Shown: in pieces, positions 14,779-23,611 of the stretch
How positions within the stretch are numbered: the stretch's first letter is position 1
How the letters are laid out: each line of letters opens with the position of its first letter
DNA from: a virus
Taxonomy: Duplodnaviria > Caudoviricetes
IMG/VR virus record: IMGVR_UViG_3300014656_000044
Location: 1-44,285 of that record
DNA: 44,285 nucleotides
Reading direction: 5' to 3' (one strand)
Translations under genes and position numbers: made by a program
The notes under the pieces: generated by a model
Told to the model about the DNA's origin: nothing
Seen by the model: the letters and a program-made list of their open reading frames with translations, nothing else
Databases searched by the model: none

Positions 14779-15194
14779 TCGATCTGCCCCTCCAACTAAA
14801 CAAAGACTATTGGCTTGCCCCGACCTGCCAAGAGGATTTGACCAAGCTCAAGAATTTCAAGCCAAATCAGATTCTTCGGGCAAAACTGGTAGGCGTGAAG
14901 AAACCCCGAAGCGTGAAACAACTCAACGCATATTGGGCGGCTTGCACATTGGTAGGTCACAACTCCGACAAGCCAAAGGAGGAGGTTGATTTCGATGTCA
15001 AGATTTTGCTTCGGCATATCAAGTCGATGAGGACTGTCGGGAAAGAGACTTTTATTGAAGTAGCTTCGATATCGTTTAAGAACCTTCCACACCTAGATGC
15101 CTGCGGATACTTCGACCGGGCTTTCCCTGTTTTGGCGGGGATGATTGACGTAACCGAAGATCAGCTTATGGCGGCAATTAAAGCAGATTTTTAA
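14775..15194 (+). CDS. NinB/DUF1367-like recombination accessory protein
   Basis: KPRSVKQLNAYWA...SISF; follows ERF and exo. Confidence 0.55.
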   Translation: MIDLPLQLNKDYWLAPTCQEDLTKLKNFKPNQILRAKLVGVKKPRSVKQLNAYWAACTLVGHNSDKPKEEVDFDVKILLRHIKSMRTVGKETFIEVASISFKNLPHLDACGYFDRAFPVLAGMIDVTEDQLMAAIKADF

Positions 15195-15247
15195 GTTACC
15201 TCCTACTTTCACCCATGCCCCTGGGGGATGCCTGAGCGAAATACAGG

Positions 15248-15306
15248 GGCTAACCACCCGCTCCACCGGACTGCGCTACGCTACGCAGGTGATCAACCCG
15301 TTATGG
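15248..15306 (+). repeat. attC-like site (59 bp)
   Basis: GGCTAAC CACCC GCTCCACC...GGTGATC AACCC GTTATGG; shares ACCGGACTGCGCTACGCTACGC with 11817. Confidence 0.8.
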
Positions 15307-15434
15307 CGATGGAGTAATCCTAAACGTTGCCAACTGATAAGGGGCAGAAATAGACAGTGAAACATTGCTTTGAACTTAGCCGGTAAAAAATGGTTTAGCA
15401 AATGTACCATGCCGGAATATTCGTTGCCCTATCG

Positions 15435-15483
15435 CCATAACCAGGAGGTTGAGCGGATAAAACCGCTCACCTCCACATTGTGC
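15435..15483 (+). repeat. attC-like site
   Basis: CCATAAC CAGGA GGTTGAGC...GCTCACC TCCAC ATTGTGC (R' GTT changed to ATT). Confidence 0.8.
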
Positions 15484-15503
15484 CTTTTCGGGGAGAGAGC
15501 AAA

Positions 15504-15626
15504 ATGACAAATGATTTTGCGGATATCTGTAATGCTCGCGATCATTACAGAGGTAAAGTAGGGCTGGGGAAAGCTTGCCCCTGGCGTTGCCCGTCGCTCT
15601 CCCACCGTAAGGGCACAACAATTTAA
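15504..15626 (+). CDS. 40-aa hypothetical cassette peptide (MTNDFADIC...)
   Basis: GGGGAG RBS between two attC sites. Confidence 0.4.
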   Translation: MTNDFADICNARDHYRGKVGLGKACPWRCPSLSHRKGTTI

Positions 15627-15669
15627 TGCGCTGGACGGCAAAAAGCCGCCAGTGATCAAGGCGTTAGCC
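15613..15669 (+). repeat. attC-like site
   Basis: GCACAAC AATTT...CTGG[A]CGGC/GCCGCCAG...AAGGC GTTAGCC. Confidence 0.78.
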
Positions 15670-15687
15670 AGAAAGGAGGATTTATAA

Positions 15688-15864
15688 ATGGTTCTGCAAA
15701 GTGATTATAGTCGCACTATATCTAGTGTTGTCAACAGCATACATTCATTACAAGAAGAGATTGATGCACTAAAAAAGCGTATTATGAAGTTAGAAAAAAC
15801 TGCCAAATTGCTTGAAAAAACACACGATAACAAATCACTGAACTTGACTGAAAAACGCTCTTGA
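15688..15864 (+). CDS. 58-aa coiled-coil hypothetical protein
   Basis: AAGGAGG RBS; ends DNKSLNLT (translated attC left arm). Confidence 0.6.
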   Translation: MVLQSDYSRTISSVVNSIHSLQEEIDALKKRIMKLEKTAKLLEKTHDNKSLNLTEKRS

Positions 15865-15905
15865 TCTTCTATGAAAAAAAATGACACGATTTCAAACCGT
15901 TAGCG
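15825..15905 (+). repeat. Partial attC-like site
   Basis: CGATAAC AAATC ACTGAACTTGAC left arm; possible R' GTTAGCG at 15899. Confidence 0.45.
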
Positions 15906-16258
15906 AACTCCATGCCTACCTCGCTGAGCATGAGCGCAAAATGAACCCAGGCCAAGCCGTGGATCCGGAGCAATCTGACCCAGGCCCGGAAAGTGACCTG
16001 CAGCGCAAATGCGAAAAGTGGCTGGATGATCACGGCTTCCCGTTTCTCCATGATCGATCACGGAAAAAAAACAAGCCGGGCCGCTTCCTGGATCTCCACA
16101 TTTACCTGAAGAAAGGCCGGCACGTCGTCATTGAATTGAAGGTAGACGGGAACCCGTTGACCAAAGAACAGAAGCAGACCAAACAGCAGTTGATCTTCCT
16201 TGGTCATGAGGTCTACGAGGTCCGGAGTTATAAGCGGTTTTTGGAGGTGGTGAAATGA
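15881..16258 (+). CDS. VRR-NUC domain nuclease
   Basis: ESDLQ, DL, IELK, LTKEQK, LGHEVYEVRS. Confidence 0.85.
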   Translation: MTRFQTVSELHAYLAEHERKMNPGQAVDPEQSDPGPESDLQRKCEKWLDDHGFPFLHDRSRKKNKPGRFLDLHIYLKKGRHVVIELKVDGNPLTKEQKQTKQQLIFLGHEVYEVRSYKRFLEVVK

Positions 16259-16797
16259 GAGGACACGACTACCTATGGGGTTATCCGTGGGATTACATTC
16301 GAAGGGGTCTTAGGAAGCTGAATAATACAATAACCATCGAATCCCCCGATTGTCTGAGGCTCGGGCGGGATATCTACCTCGGGGATCATGTTTGGATTTC
16401 CAACCCAAAGTGGACGTGTGAAAAAGGGAAACCGCCTAAACGCCTTAATCCACTGGTAACTATCGGGGATGGCACCTACATTGGAAGGTTTACCACTATC
16501 TCGTGCATAAATCGTATCACTATTGGCAAAAATGTCATGATTTCCGAGCGGTGTTTCATCGGTGACTGCTATCATGGATACCAGGACAGGGATGTTGCGA
16601 TTATCGATCAATACCTCTTCTCTCCTGGGCCAGTACGGATTGGGGATGGATCTTGGATAGGGCCGGGTGTGGCGATTCTGCCCGATGTCAATATCGGCAA
16701 GCACTGTATGATAAGGGCTAACTCTGTGGTAAATATCGATATCCCTGACTATAGTGTTGCCGCTGGAAATCCAATAAGGGTAATCTGTAATGTTTAA
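16255..16797 (+). CDS. Hexapeptide-repeat (left-handed beta-helix) sugar O-acetyltransferase
   Basis: IGDGTYIG, IGKNVMIS, IGDGSWIG, IPDYSVAAGNP. Confidence 0.88.
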   Translation: MRGHDYLWGYPWDYIRRGLRKLNNTITIESPDCLRLGRDIYLGDHVWISNPKWTCEKGKPPKRLNPLVTIGDGTYIGRFTTISCINRITIGKNVMISERCFIGDCYHGYQDRDVAIIDQYLFSPGPVRIGDGSWIGPGVAILPDVNIGKHCMIRANSVVNIDIPDYSVAAGNPIRVICNV

Positions 16798-16909
16798 ATT
16801 CATTTGGGATCTATTTGCTACCATGATCATTGCGGTGTTATTAATCCCAATTATGATTGGGGGCTGGTATAAGAAAAGGCGGATGGGGAGACGTAATAGA
16901 AAATATTAA
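16790..16909 (+). CDS. 39-aa membrane peptide
   Basis: TM segment followed by a basic tail. Confidence 0.45.
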   Translation: MFKFIWDLFATMIIAVLLIPIMIGGWYKKRRMGRRNRKY

Positions 16910-16929
16910 CCAAGGAACGGAGGAAGAAA

Positions 16930-17607
16930 ATGAAACACTCAGACATAGGAAGTTTATGGGAACGTAGGTTCGGTAAGGTTGACACTGAATTTTTCAAATC
17001 GATTGATGAAATTCAACGTCTGCCGTTGGATAATAAGGTGAAAATAAACGAATTTCCGCTAGTGGCAGGGCAAGTCAGTATTGCTAAATATTCATGCCTA
17101 CATTGGGCTTTTACGAAAGTTTTGGGACTGGCCGGCGACTTTGCCGATGTCGGCACCCTGCGCGGTGCATCGTTGCTGTGGATAGCCAAACTAATGAAAA
17201 TATTTCAGCCTCATTCAGCATCACAAATTCATGCGTTCGATTGGTGGCGGGATGGAGAAGAGGATTATACAACCCTGCATCAGTTGGCTCGGATACAGGG
17301 ATTATCGGATATCATCTCGATTCACCGGATGGATTTGGCGACTGAGCTGCCCCACTTCGGAAATGACCCGATTTATGGCCGTACCCATTTCAAATACGTT
17401 TTCATGGATTGCGGCTTCGATGCGGCACTGAAACAGGCAATACCGTTTTTCTGGAATCGATTGGTATCGGGCGGGGTGATGGTTTTTGACCATTTTGGGT
17501 TGGACAACGAGCATGAGACTGAGTTGGTTATAGACCTGTTGCCAGACGGCACCAAAATTTACTCATTTCCGTTTGCGCGACAACCATCCGGTTATGTGAT
17601 AAAATAA
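16930..17607 (+). CDS. TylF/MycF-like SAM-dependent O-methyltransferase
   Basis: GDFADVGTLRGAS, IHAFDW, VFMDC, LVSGGVMVFDHF. Confidence 0.78.
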   Translation: MKHSDIGSLWERRFGKVDTEFFKSIDEIQRLPLDNKVKINEFPLVAGQVSIAKYSCLHWAFTKVLGLAGDFADVGTLRGASLLWIAKLMKIFQPHSASQIHAFDWWRDGEEDYTTLHQLARIQGLSDIISIHRMDLATELPHFGNDPIYGRTHFKYVFMDCGFDAALKQAIPFFWNRLVSGGVMVFDHFGLDNEHETELVIDLLPDGTKIYSFPFARQPSGYVIK

Positions 17608-17619
17608 GGCGGTGGGGAG

Positions 17620-17856
17620 GTGCAAAAACTAGAAACAGCCCTATACCTCGATGGGATCCTGGAGATGATGGGGTGGAGCAGGGCAACATATTTCCGTAGG
17701 GCACCTGAGTTGGAGGCCTGCAGAGCGATTTTTTATCAGTGGGAGGTGGCGGTAAATCGGAATGGGAAACGGCACGTTGTAAGGCGCATCAGGGCATGGC
17801 CGTCACGACTCAAAAGGTGGTCGGCTATCAAGACGGCAAAGGAGAAAGGGGGATAG
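17620..17856 (+). CDS. Small HTH DNA-binding protein (AlpA/Xis-like)
   Basis: ILEMMGWSRATYFR. Confidence 0.55.
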   Translation: MQKLETALYLDGILEMMGWSRATYFRRAPELEACRAIFYQWEVAVNRNGKRHVVRRIRAWPSRLKRWSAIKTAKEKGG

Positions 17857-17902
17857 ATAATGTTTAGACTTAGAGTAAGTGTCGGAAAATTGGAGGTAAT
17901 AC

Positions 17903-18094
17903 ATGCCTGAATTGAAACCGTGTCCGTTCTGTGGCGAAAAAGCCGTTAGCGGAAAAAGCGAGTTCAACCTTGATATTCGACCACGATTTGTTTTGTTCTA
18001 TGTACACTGTGGAAATAGTCGTTGTCCTGCTTGCCCAGAAGTCGGAATGTCAACTGAACACGATGCGATTGAAGCATGGAACACAAGGAAATAA
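17903..18094 (+). CDS. lar: Lar-family restriction alleviation protein
   Basis: ELKPCPFCG...C..C...AIEAWNTR. Confidence 0.85.
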   Translation: MPELKPCPFCGEKAVSGKSEFNLDIRPRFVLFYVHCGNSRCPACPEVGMSTEHDAIEAWNTRK

Positions 18095-18148
18095 CCTGTC
18101 ACTTAACATCGATGGCCAAGAGGCCACGAGTTAGTTCCGTCGTTAGGT
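18089..18148 (+). repeat. attC-like site
   Basis: AAATAAC CTGTC ACTTAACA TCG[A]TGGCC/GGCCACG AGTTAGT TCCGTC GTTAGGT; Lar stop inside R''. Confidence 0.85.
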
Positions 18149-18156
18149 ATTCAAAT

Positions 18157-18423
18157 ATGGCTGAATGGAAATATCCAGGACACCTGATATATTCTTACTA
18201 CAAACCAAGGGGCGGTTGGTATCCTTCCGTTTTCGGCGGATGGACAAGGGGACCATATTGTATCAAGGTATATCTTGAAGAAGATGATGCGATTGCGGCT
18301 TGTCCGAAAGACTGTGAAGTGATTTTAATTCAGATAGAATTTAAAAAAAAATGGAGATACCTAACCAGTCAACCCAGCGGACGGAAGACCGCCGCTGATG
18401 TTATTGTTATGCTCTATGAATAG
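18157..18423 (+). CDS. Hypothetical cassette gene reading through its attC
   Basis: ATG 8 nt after R'. Confidence 0.55.
   Translation: MAEWKYPGHLIYSYYKPRGGWYPSVFGGWTRGPYCIKVYLEEDDAIAACPKDCEVILIQIEFKKKWRYLTSQPSGRKTAADVIVMLYE
18359..18412 (+). repeat. attC-like site
   Basis: ACCTAAC CAGTC AACCCAGC GG[A]CGG/CCGCC GCTGATG TTATT GTTATGC. Confidence 0.8.
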
Positions 18424-18661
18424 AAACGAAAACATAACAGTTGCCGTATTAAGGGGATGGACGTTGAGGCAGGTCGGAAGCGTTTTTTCAATTACTCCCG
18501 TAAGAGTACGGCAGATAGTTGAACGTACAATACACATTTGCGACAGAAAACTTTTTTTGTCACTGAATGGCAGTCTTAAGGAATATCGAAAACATAGACA
18601 TAGACTCATATCGAGCATAAGAAATCATTTAAGCGGAAGCGAAAAAGACCGCTCCGCTTAA
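18416..18661 (+). CDS. Sigma70 region-4-like HTH protein (cassette gene)
   Basis: GWTLRQVGSVFSITPVRVRQIV. Confidence 0.65.
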   Translation: MNRNENITVAVLRGWTLRQVGSVFSITPVRVRQIVERTIHICDRKLFLSLNGSLKEYRKHRHRLISSIRNHLSGSEKDRSA

Positions 18662-18674
18662 TTCAATGTTATCA
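18615..18674 (+). repeat. attC-like site
   Basis: GCATAAG AAATC ATTTAAGC GG[A]AGCG/CGCTCC GCTTAAT TCAAT GTTATCA (R'' AAC changed to AAG). Confidence 0.8.
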
Positions 18675-18692
18675 CCTTAGAAAGGGGAGAAA

Positions 18693-18875
18693 ATGGAACC
18701 AGACAATGAGTATGTCAAAGCCAGAAACAAGCTAATTCCATTCGCAGAGATATACGCGAATAAGAAACATGGAGAAGCTGCAGGGGATCAAGACCGAGAG
18801 ATTTGGACCGCCTTATGGAACAGCGCATTTTCGGGTGAGATGGACCGGTTAGCCCGGAAGGAAGGGCTTGTCTGA
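18693..18875 (+). CDS. Hypothetical protein
   Basis: AAAGGGGAG RBS after attC. Confidence 0.65.
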   Translation: MEPDNEYVKARNKLIPFAEIYANKKHGEAAGDQDREIWTALWNSAFSGEMDRLARKEGLV

Positions 18876-18930
18876 TCAGAATCTTTTCTTAAAGTTTATT
18901 GTGAAACGTGAGCCCTCCATTCATCTATCA

Positions 18931-21927
18931 TTAGGGCTTTAATTTCCTTGTCCTCTTATATTTTTGACCTATAACGGCGCTGGGTACAGATAGTCCCCTC
19001 CTCAGGCCCCGAAGCGTTTTAAACATCTGTGATGTAAATGGAATGCCTTTTATTTTCATAATGGTTTCAATTTGCTTCTCAGTTTTCTTTTCTGCAGTAA
19101 GTGCATGTAAAACATCCGCTCCGGCCCCAAGCAATCCGCCACCATACCTAAGGCCACCACCGATTATAGGCAGAAATTCGATGACTTCTTTCGCTGCACT
19201 TACCGAGGCGGATGGAAATCCGGCCCCTTCTTCAATCGCTTCCCCAAAAGCTTTTATCGGGGTCGGGTAGGGACTGTTTACACCTAGCACATCCTCATAA
19301 AATACATTACCAAGTGTCGCGGCTACAATAAATGTTGTCGCCTTTTTAAAGGCTTCCACTTGTCTTACGTTGGGATTCCTTACCCCGAGAACATCTCTTG
19401 TAATGAATCCCCATTGATTAATTACGAATGTCTGGAAAAGTGATATAAACTTCCCCAATGCTGTACGTTGAATAGGGGCAAGATCTCTTTTGGCAGCAGA
19501 TGCTTGTGTCTTCGTAACCACATCATCTGCATAATTAATGGATTCCCTTTCTTTTAATCCAAGTTTTTCCTTTGCCATTTCATATGCACCCTGCCATGTA
19601 GCTCTAGCCGTTTCCATATCTAATATTTGAAGGGGTTTCAATCCTATTTCTCCGGCTGTTCTTTTTATTTCACCCCATTTCCCGGATCGAATAGCATCGA
19701 AAGCGTCTTTTGCTGCTATATCATATTGTCTTCCCAGGAGTACGTTTGACTTTTCGAGCGCTTCGTTTCTCTTAATAGGATCTAGCAGGCTTTCGATGCC
19801 TCTCCATGTGTACTTAGGCCCTATGGCTGCTGCTGTATTGACACAAGCTGTTGGTTGGATTAATGCAGATCTTATATTACCGGATAAAATAGCAAATGCC
19901 AGATTACGGTTTAGCCGTAGTAGGGAATTATCAACTGCCTTTGGCAAGGTTGAGGCTGGTTTCTGGCCCGCTACGGTATCCATCCACTCTGTTAGAAATT
20001 TCGCTGTCGCTGGAATTTCTTCGGCCATCTTCCAGCGTGTCCCGGCTTTCTTGTTACCAAAAATTGTTGTCGTTCCTCTCAACTTTGCAAGTACTGGAGA
20101 TACATGGATATGCCTCAAGGCAGTGTCAGCATACCGTTCAATTATTTCAAATGGGTCTAACTTGATTTCCATTCCACCATGTTTCAATCGTTTTTTCGCA
20201 TACTGGAAGGGGGTTGTTTTCATGTGAATGAATTGCTTATTCATTGTGTCCAGGGTAGACATTATAGGATTGAAACCTAATTCATCCAACAGTGTTGTCT
20301 CAAGCATAAACGTTAAGTAATTCTTTACCTTCCCAAATTCTTCTTTTCCAGCTATCCTTCTGGCTTTGTTTAGGCGATTATACCAGTGAACTAATTTCCC
20401 CCTAAATGCTTTATAAACTTTAATTTCAGTTTCAGTGAGCTTCGGGATTTCCTTTATCTTCATTACCTTGAGGATTTCCGTCCCTCTTGCTTGCCTAGAT
20501 ATGGCATATATACCAATTCTTTTCCTTGATTTCATTGGAATAGTCGCCTTTAAATCGTTAAGCCATACTTTCGTTTGAACTCTTTCTAGGGCAACTTTGT
20601 AATCAGCCTCGACTATCGGGCGGTAAAAAAACTCTTTAGCCCATGGTCCTAATTCTTCAAATGTTCTGATTGGGTTTTCCAGCCAGCCTCCGAGCGGTTT
20701 TCTTCTGAGGTTTGGAAGTGCTTTGATGCCCGCTTCTTCATGCTCATACATTTTATACATATCTTTGAATTTCTTGCGCCGCTTGAAGCTCATGTGTTCT
20801 TCAACTACCTTGGCCTCTGCACCCTCCTTCATGCGAAGAACAAATGGTTTTTGTGCTATATCCCCGGTTTTCGGTTCAAATTCGATTTCAATCAGATCCG
20901 GATTTATACCTTCCTTTTCCATATGTTCACGAATCTTTTTAACGTCCTTTCGGTCGGCTAATATTTCGGCTTTTGTTTCGTAAATGATTTCTGCGATTCC
21001 GAGTTCTGGCAACTTTGTCGTAGGCACTTCGGCTTTTACTTCTTCGATAATTTTTTGCACTCGATGGGGTGGCAATGTTTGTTCTTTTGTTTCTAACACC
21101 TCCTCGAGTATTCTTTCATCAACTCGCCTGGCTACTTCTTCGCGTTCCTTCGCAGAAAGATCGTATAGCTTTTTGTCAACTCTCTTGGCAAGTTCGGTAC
21201 GTTCCAGCGTGGTGAGCTCGGTTGAGTTTTTGATTCGCCTGAACCCACTTCTCCCGATATGACGCAAACCAAAAATAGCCGGGGACCCAACAATAAGCGT
21301 ATGGACCATGGCACCTAGGAATGGACTCCCTGATTTATCGGCAATCGTTTTCCCAAGTCCTTCGCCTACCTTGTCAAGAACTTCAAAAGGGTAAAATGCG
21401 CTTTCTGTTAAATGTTGCCCCTTTGCAGTCTGCGGTTGATATATTAATATATCTTGTATGGCTTCAACGACCTTCTTATTCGCATCTTTATACACTAGGT
21501 TGGCAGGAGTTGATATAAGTCCGATCAATCCTGCCAGTGGCAATCCATAACTCATCGTTGCAACATGAGAGGCAGTCTCTAAAATCGGGTAAACACTTCC
21601 GATATCCTTTGCGATTTCAAAGGCATCCTTCATGGCTTCATTCACAAGGCTTGCATCTTCTTCATCAAATTCCCTAACCGTTCTGGCTGATACATCTGCA
21701 TGATCTTCCGTTCCCTCCGGTACAAATCCAGGAGGTGGTGAGGGGGTTTCCTCGATGATTTGTTCTTCCGGGACAAAACCTTTTGGGGGTTCTGGCATAG
21801 AGATTTCGTGGATAAAGCTTGGGGGTGGTTTTGGAGGCGTTACCTTGCCCACATCCCCAAGGCTTTCAATGAAATCATCAGGAGGTCGTTTTGATTGATT
21901 CGATACTTGGGCGGGAATTACCGGCAT
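18931..21927 (-). CDS. Large internal virion/ejection protein
   Basis: 998 aa, last late gene; helical, LFQTF motif; position matches podovirus ejection proteins. Confidence 0.65.
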   Translation of the reverse strand: MPVIPAQVSNQSKRPPDDFIESLGDVGKVTPPKPPPSFIHEISMPEPPKGFVPEEQIIEETPSPPPGFVPEGTEDHADVSARTVREFDEEDASLVNEAMKDAFEIAKDIGSVYPILETASHVATMSYGLPLAGLIGLISTPANLVYKDANKKVVEAIQDILIYQPQTAKGQHLTESAFYPFEVLDKVGEGLGKTIADKSGSPFLGAMVHTLIVGSPAIFGLRHIGRSGFRRIKNSTELTTLERTELAKRVDKKLYDLSAKEREEVARRVDERILEEVLETKEQTLPPHRVQKIIEEVKAEVPTTKLPELGIAEIIYETKAEILADRKDVKKIREHMEKEGINPDLIEIEFEPKTGDIAQKPFVLRMKEGAEAKVVEEHMSFKRRKKFKDMYKMYEHEEAGIKALPNLRRKPLGGWLENPIRTFEELGPWAKEFFYRPIVEADYKVALERVQTKVWLNDLKATIPMKSRKRIGIYAISRQARGTEILKVMKIKEIPKLTETEIKVYKAFRGKLVHWYNRLNKARRIAGKEEFGKVKNYLTFMLETTLLDELGFNPIMSTLDTMNKQFIHMKTTPFQYAKKRLKHGGMEIKLDPFEIIERYADTALRHIHVSPVLAKLRGTTTIFGNKKAGTRWKMAEEIPATAKFLTEWMDTVAGQKPASTLPKAVDNSLLRLNRNLAFAILSGNIRSALIQPTACVNTAAAIGPKYTWRGIESLLDPIKRNEALEKSNVLLGRQYDIAAKDAFDAIRSGKWGEIKRTAGEIGLKPLQILDMETARATWQGAYEMAKEKLGLKERESINYADDVVTKTQASAAKRDLAPIQRTALGKFISLFQTFVINQWGFITRDVLGVRNPNVRQVEAFKKATTFIVAATLGNVFYEDVLGVNSPYPTPIKAFGEAIEEGAGFPSASVSAAKEVIEFLPIIGGGLRYGGGLLGAGADVLHALTAEKKTEKQIETIMKIKGIPFTSQMFKTLRGLRRGLSVPSAVIGQKYKRTRKLKP

Positions 21928-23610
21928 TTATTCTTCCTTTTCGATTTCTACCCACTTTTTACCATCCCATCTTATTCGCTTCAATGTTACTGGATTAACG
22001 AAAACTTGGCCTTTCCCCCCTTCGTCAATTAGTGGGGTTCCAGAATCTTCCCATGGCATATCCGGCGGGCCTTCTTCCGAAGGTGGTTCGCCAAGAAATA
22101 ATCTTTCAATACTGATAGGCGTTACCGCTCTCATAAATTGCTTTATCAAACCTTCTTCTTTTTTTGCAAAATATTCTTTCGTTCTTATTTCCAACTCATC
22201 CCATGGATCACGTTCCTCTTCCACTGCCTTTGAAAGATAGCGATCTATTTCACCATGGATACGCCTATTTTCCCTTATTTGTTCCGGGGTTGGTTTCCCT
22301 GCCGCTGGAACATCTACATAAAAAAAGTTGCTCCGATAGTTATCATTCGCTTCTTGTGCGGTTTTTAATGCCCGGCTTTTTAGCGGTTCTTTTTCATCCG
22401 ATTCCCCATCTTTCCACTTACGAAAATCATCAATATATTTTTCATAATCGATTGTCTTTAATCCCTTGCCATGAAGAGATTCTATATATTTTTCTCCGCC
22501 AAGTTCATTTTCAAGATATTCAGGATATTGATTTATTAACCTAGATACTTGCCCTTTGGTCACTTCATTGGTAATTCCATACGGATCAACTTCACTCTTT
22601 GCCTTTGTTTCAATCATGCTTAACAAGGCTCTCCTAGACCCAGCTCCTTCAGTTGGCTCTAGTATCTCATCGTTGAGAAGTTCTGCGTAAAGGGTTGCGT
22701 AATCCTTCTCCGTTTTAATTCTTGTCAGCCAATAGCTTTGATGGGTTCTGAGTTGTAGCTTTCTGAATACATTTTGTATTGTTTCGGCTTCATATCTAGC
22801 TACCTTATCCCTTGCTTTTAATCCAGATATGTGCCTATTTGCTTTTTCAACTTTCTTTTGCCGAGCATCAGTATCTAAGTTAAACTCTTTAAGATTTTTC
22901 AATGACTTCGCAACGGCCTCGGCTTCTTCCACTGTTCCTGCCGATTCAATGGCTTTATCCGCCCTCACACTTTCGGCTTGATCAGTGAAGCTATTCCGGT
23001 AGGCTTGCTGTTCTAGTTCGTTTAGGTAGATCCATCCAGCCTTAACCTTAATATCAAAATTGCCTTTGATTATCTCCCTCATCTTCGGGTCTGTTTCTAT
23101 TGAATAATCATCAAGGGCATTTTTAAGATTTTCGTTCATGGTTGCCTTGCCATGTTGTACCACAAGCGTTCTTTGCCGAGCCCGAGCCAGCTTCATCATA
23201 CTGGATGAGTAGACTGAGAATAGGTTATTGAACTTCTGTAGACCCCCGGGATCATCAGCGAATCGGTCTTCATACTTCGCCCTGGTCGCTTCCATGATCT
23301 GAGAAGAGGTATTAACAAGCCCTTCCATATCAGTGCTTTCGCGTAAGGCTGTAGCAAAATCCTGTTCGTCTAGCCTGAGGCTATTTTGCGTTTGGCTAAG
23401 TTTGATATCTCTGGTTGCCTTCTTTTCTTGTTCGTCCGCGATCTTCCGGATCCGTTCAACCCTGGATACAGTCGCGCCGAACTGTTCCGCAGAAGATGAG
23501 ATTTGTTGACCTGCCCTGGCCAAGGCAGCACCGGGAGCCCCGGCAACCCCCGGGGAAACACCCGGCGATCTTACGATTCCATCAGATATATATGTCGGTA
23601 TTTTAGGCAT
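21928..23610 (-). CDS. Internal virion/ejection protein
   Basis: MPKIPTY start, helical, synteny. Confidence 0.65.
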   Translation of the reverse strand: MPKIPTYISDGIVRSPGVSPGVAGAPGAALARAGQQISSSAEQFGATVSRVERIRKIADEQEKKATRDIKLSQTQNSLRLDEQDFATALRESTDMEGLVNTSSQIMEATRAKYEDRFADDPGGLQKFNNLFSVYSSSMMKLARARQRTLVVQHGKATMNENLKNALDDYSIETDPKMREIIKGNFDIKVKAGWIYLNELEQQAYRNSFTDQAESVRADKAIESAGTVEEAEAVAKSLKNLKEFNLDTDARQKKVEKANRHISGLKARDKVARYEAETIQNVFRKLQLRTHQSYWLTRIKTEKDYATLYAELLNDEILEPTEGAGSRRALLSMIETKAKSEVDPYGITNEVTKGQVSRLINQYPEYLENELGGEKYIESLHGKGLKTIDYEKYIDDFRKWKDGESDEKEPLKSRALKTAQEANDNYRSNFFYVDVPAAGKPTPEQIRENRRIHGEIDRYLSKAVEEERDPWDELEIRTKEYFAKKEEGLIKQFMRAVTPISIERLFLGEPPSEEGPPDMPWEDSGTPLIDEGGKGQVFVNPVTLKRIRWDGKKWVEIEKEE

Positions 23611-23611
23611 A

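Noticed and set aside
18076-18156. N-terminal extensions of ORFs 18076..18423, 2548..2889 and 18398..18661
   Set aside because: They translate through attC sites; better starts lie just after R' (18157, 2757, 18416)
11817-18674. attC-like hairpins as ordinary intrinsic terminators
   Set aside because: No U tails, mid-operon positions, and a conserved AAC/GTT spacing with asymmetric bulges that terminators do not need
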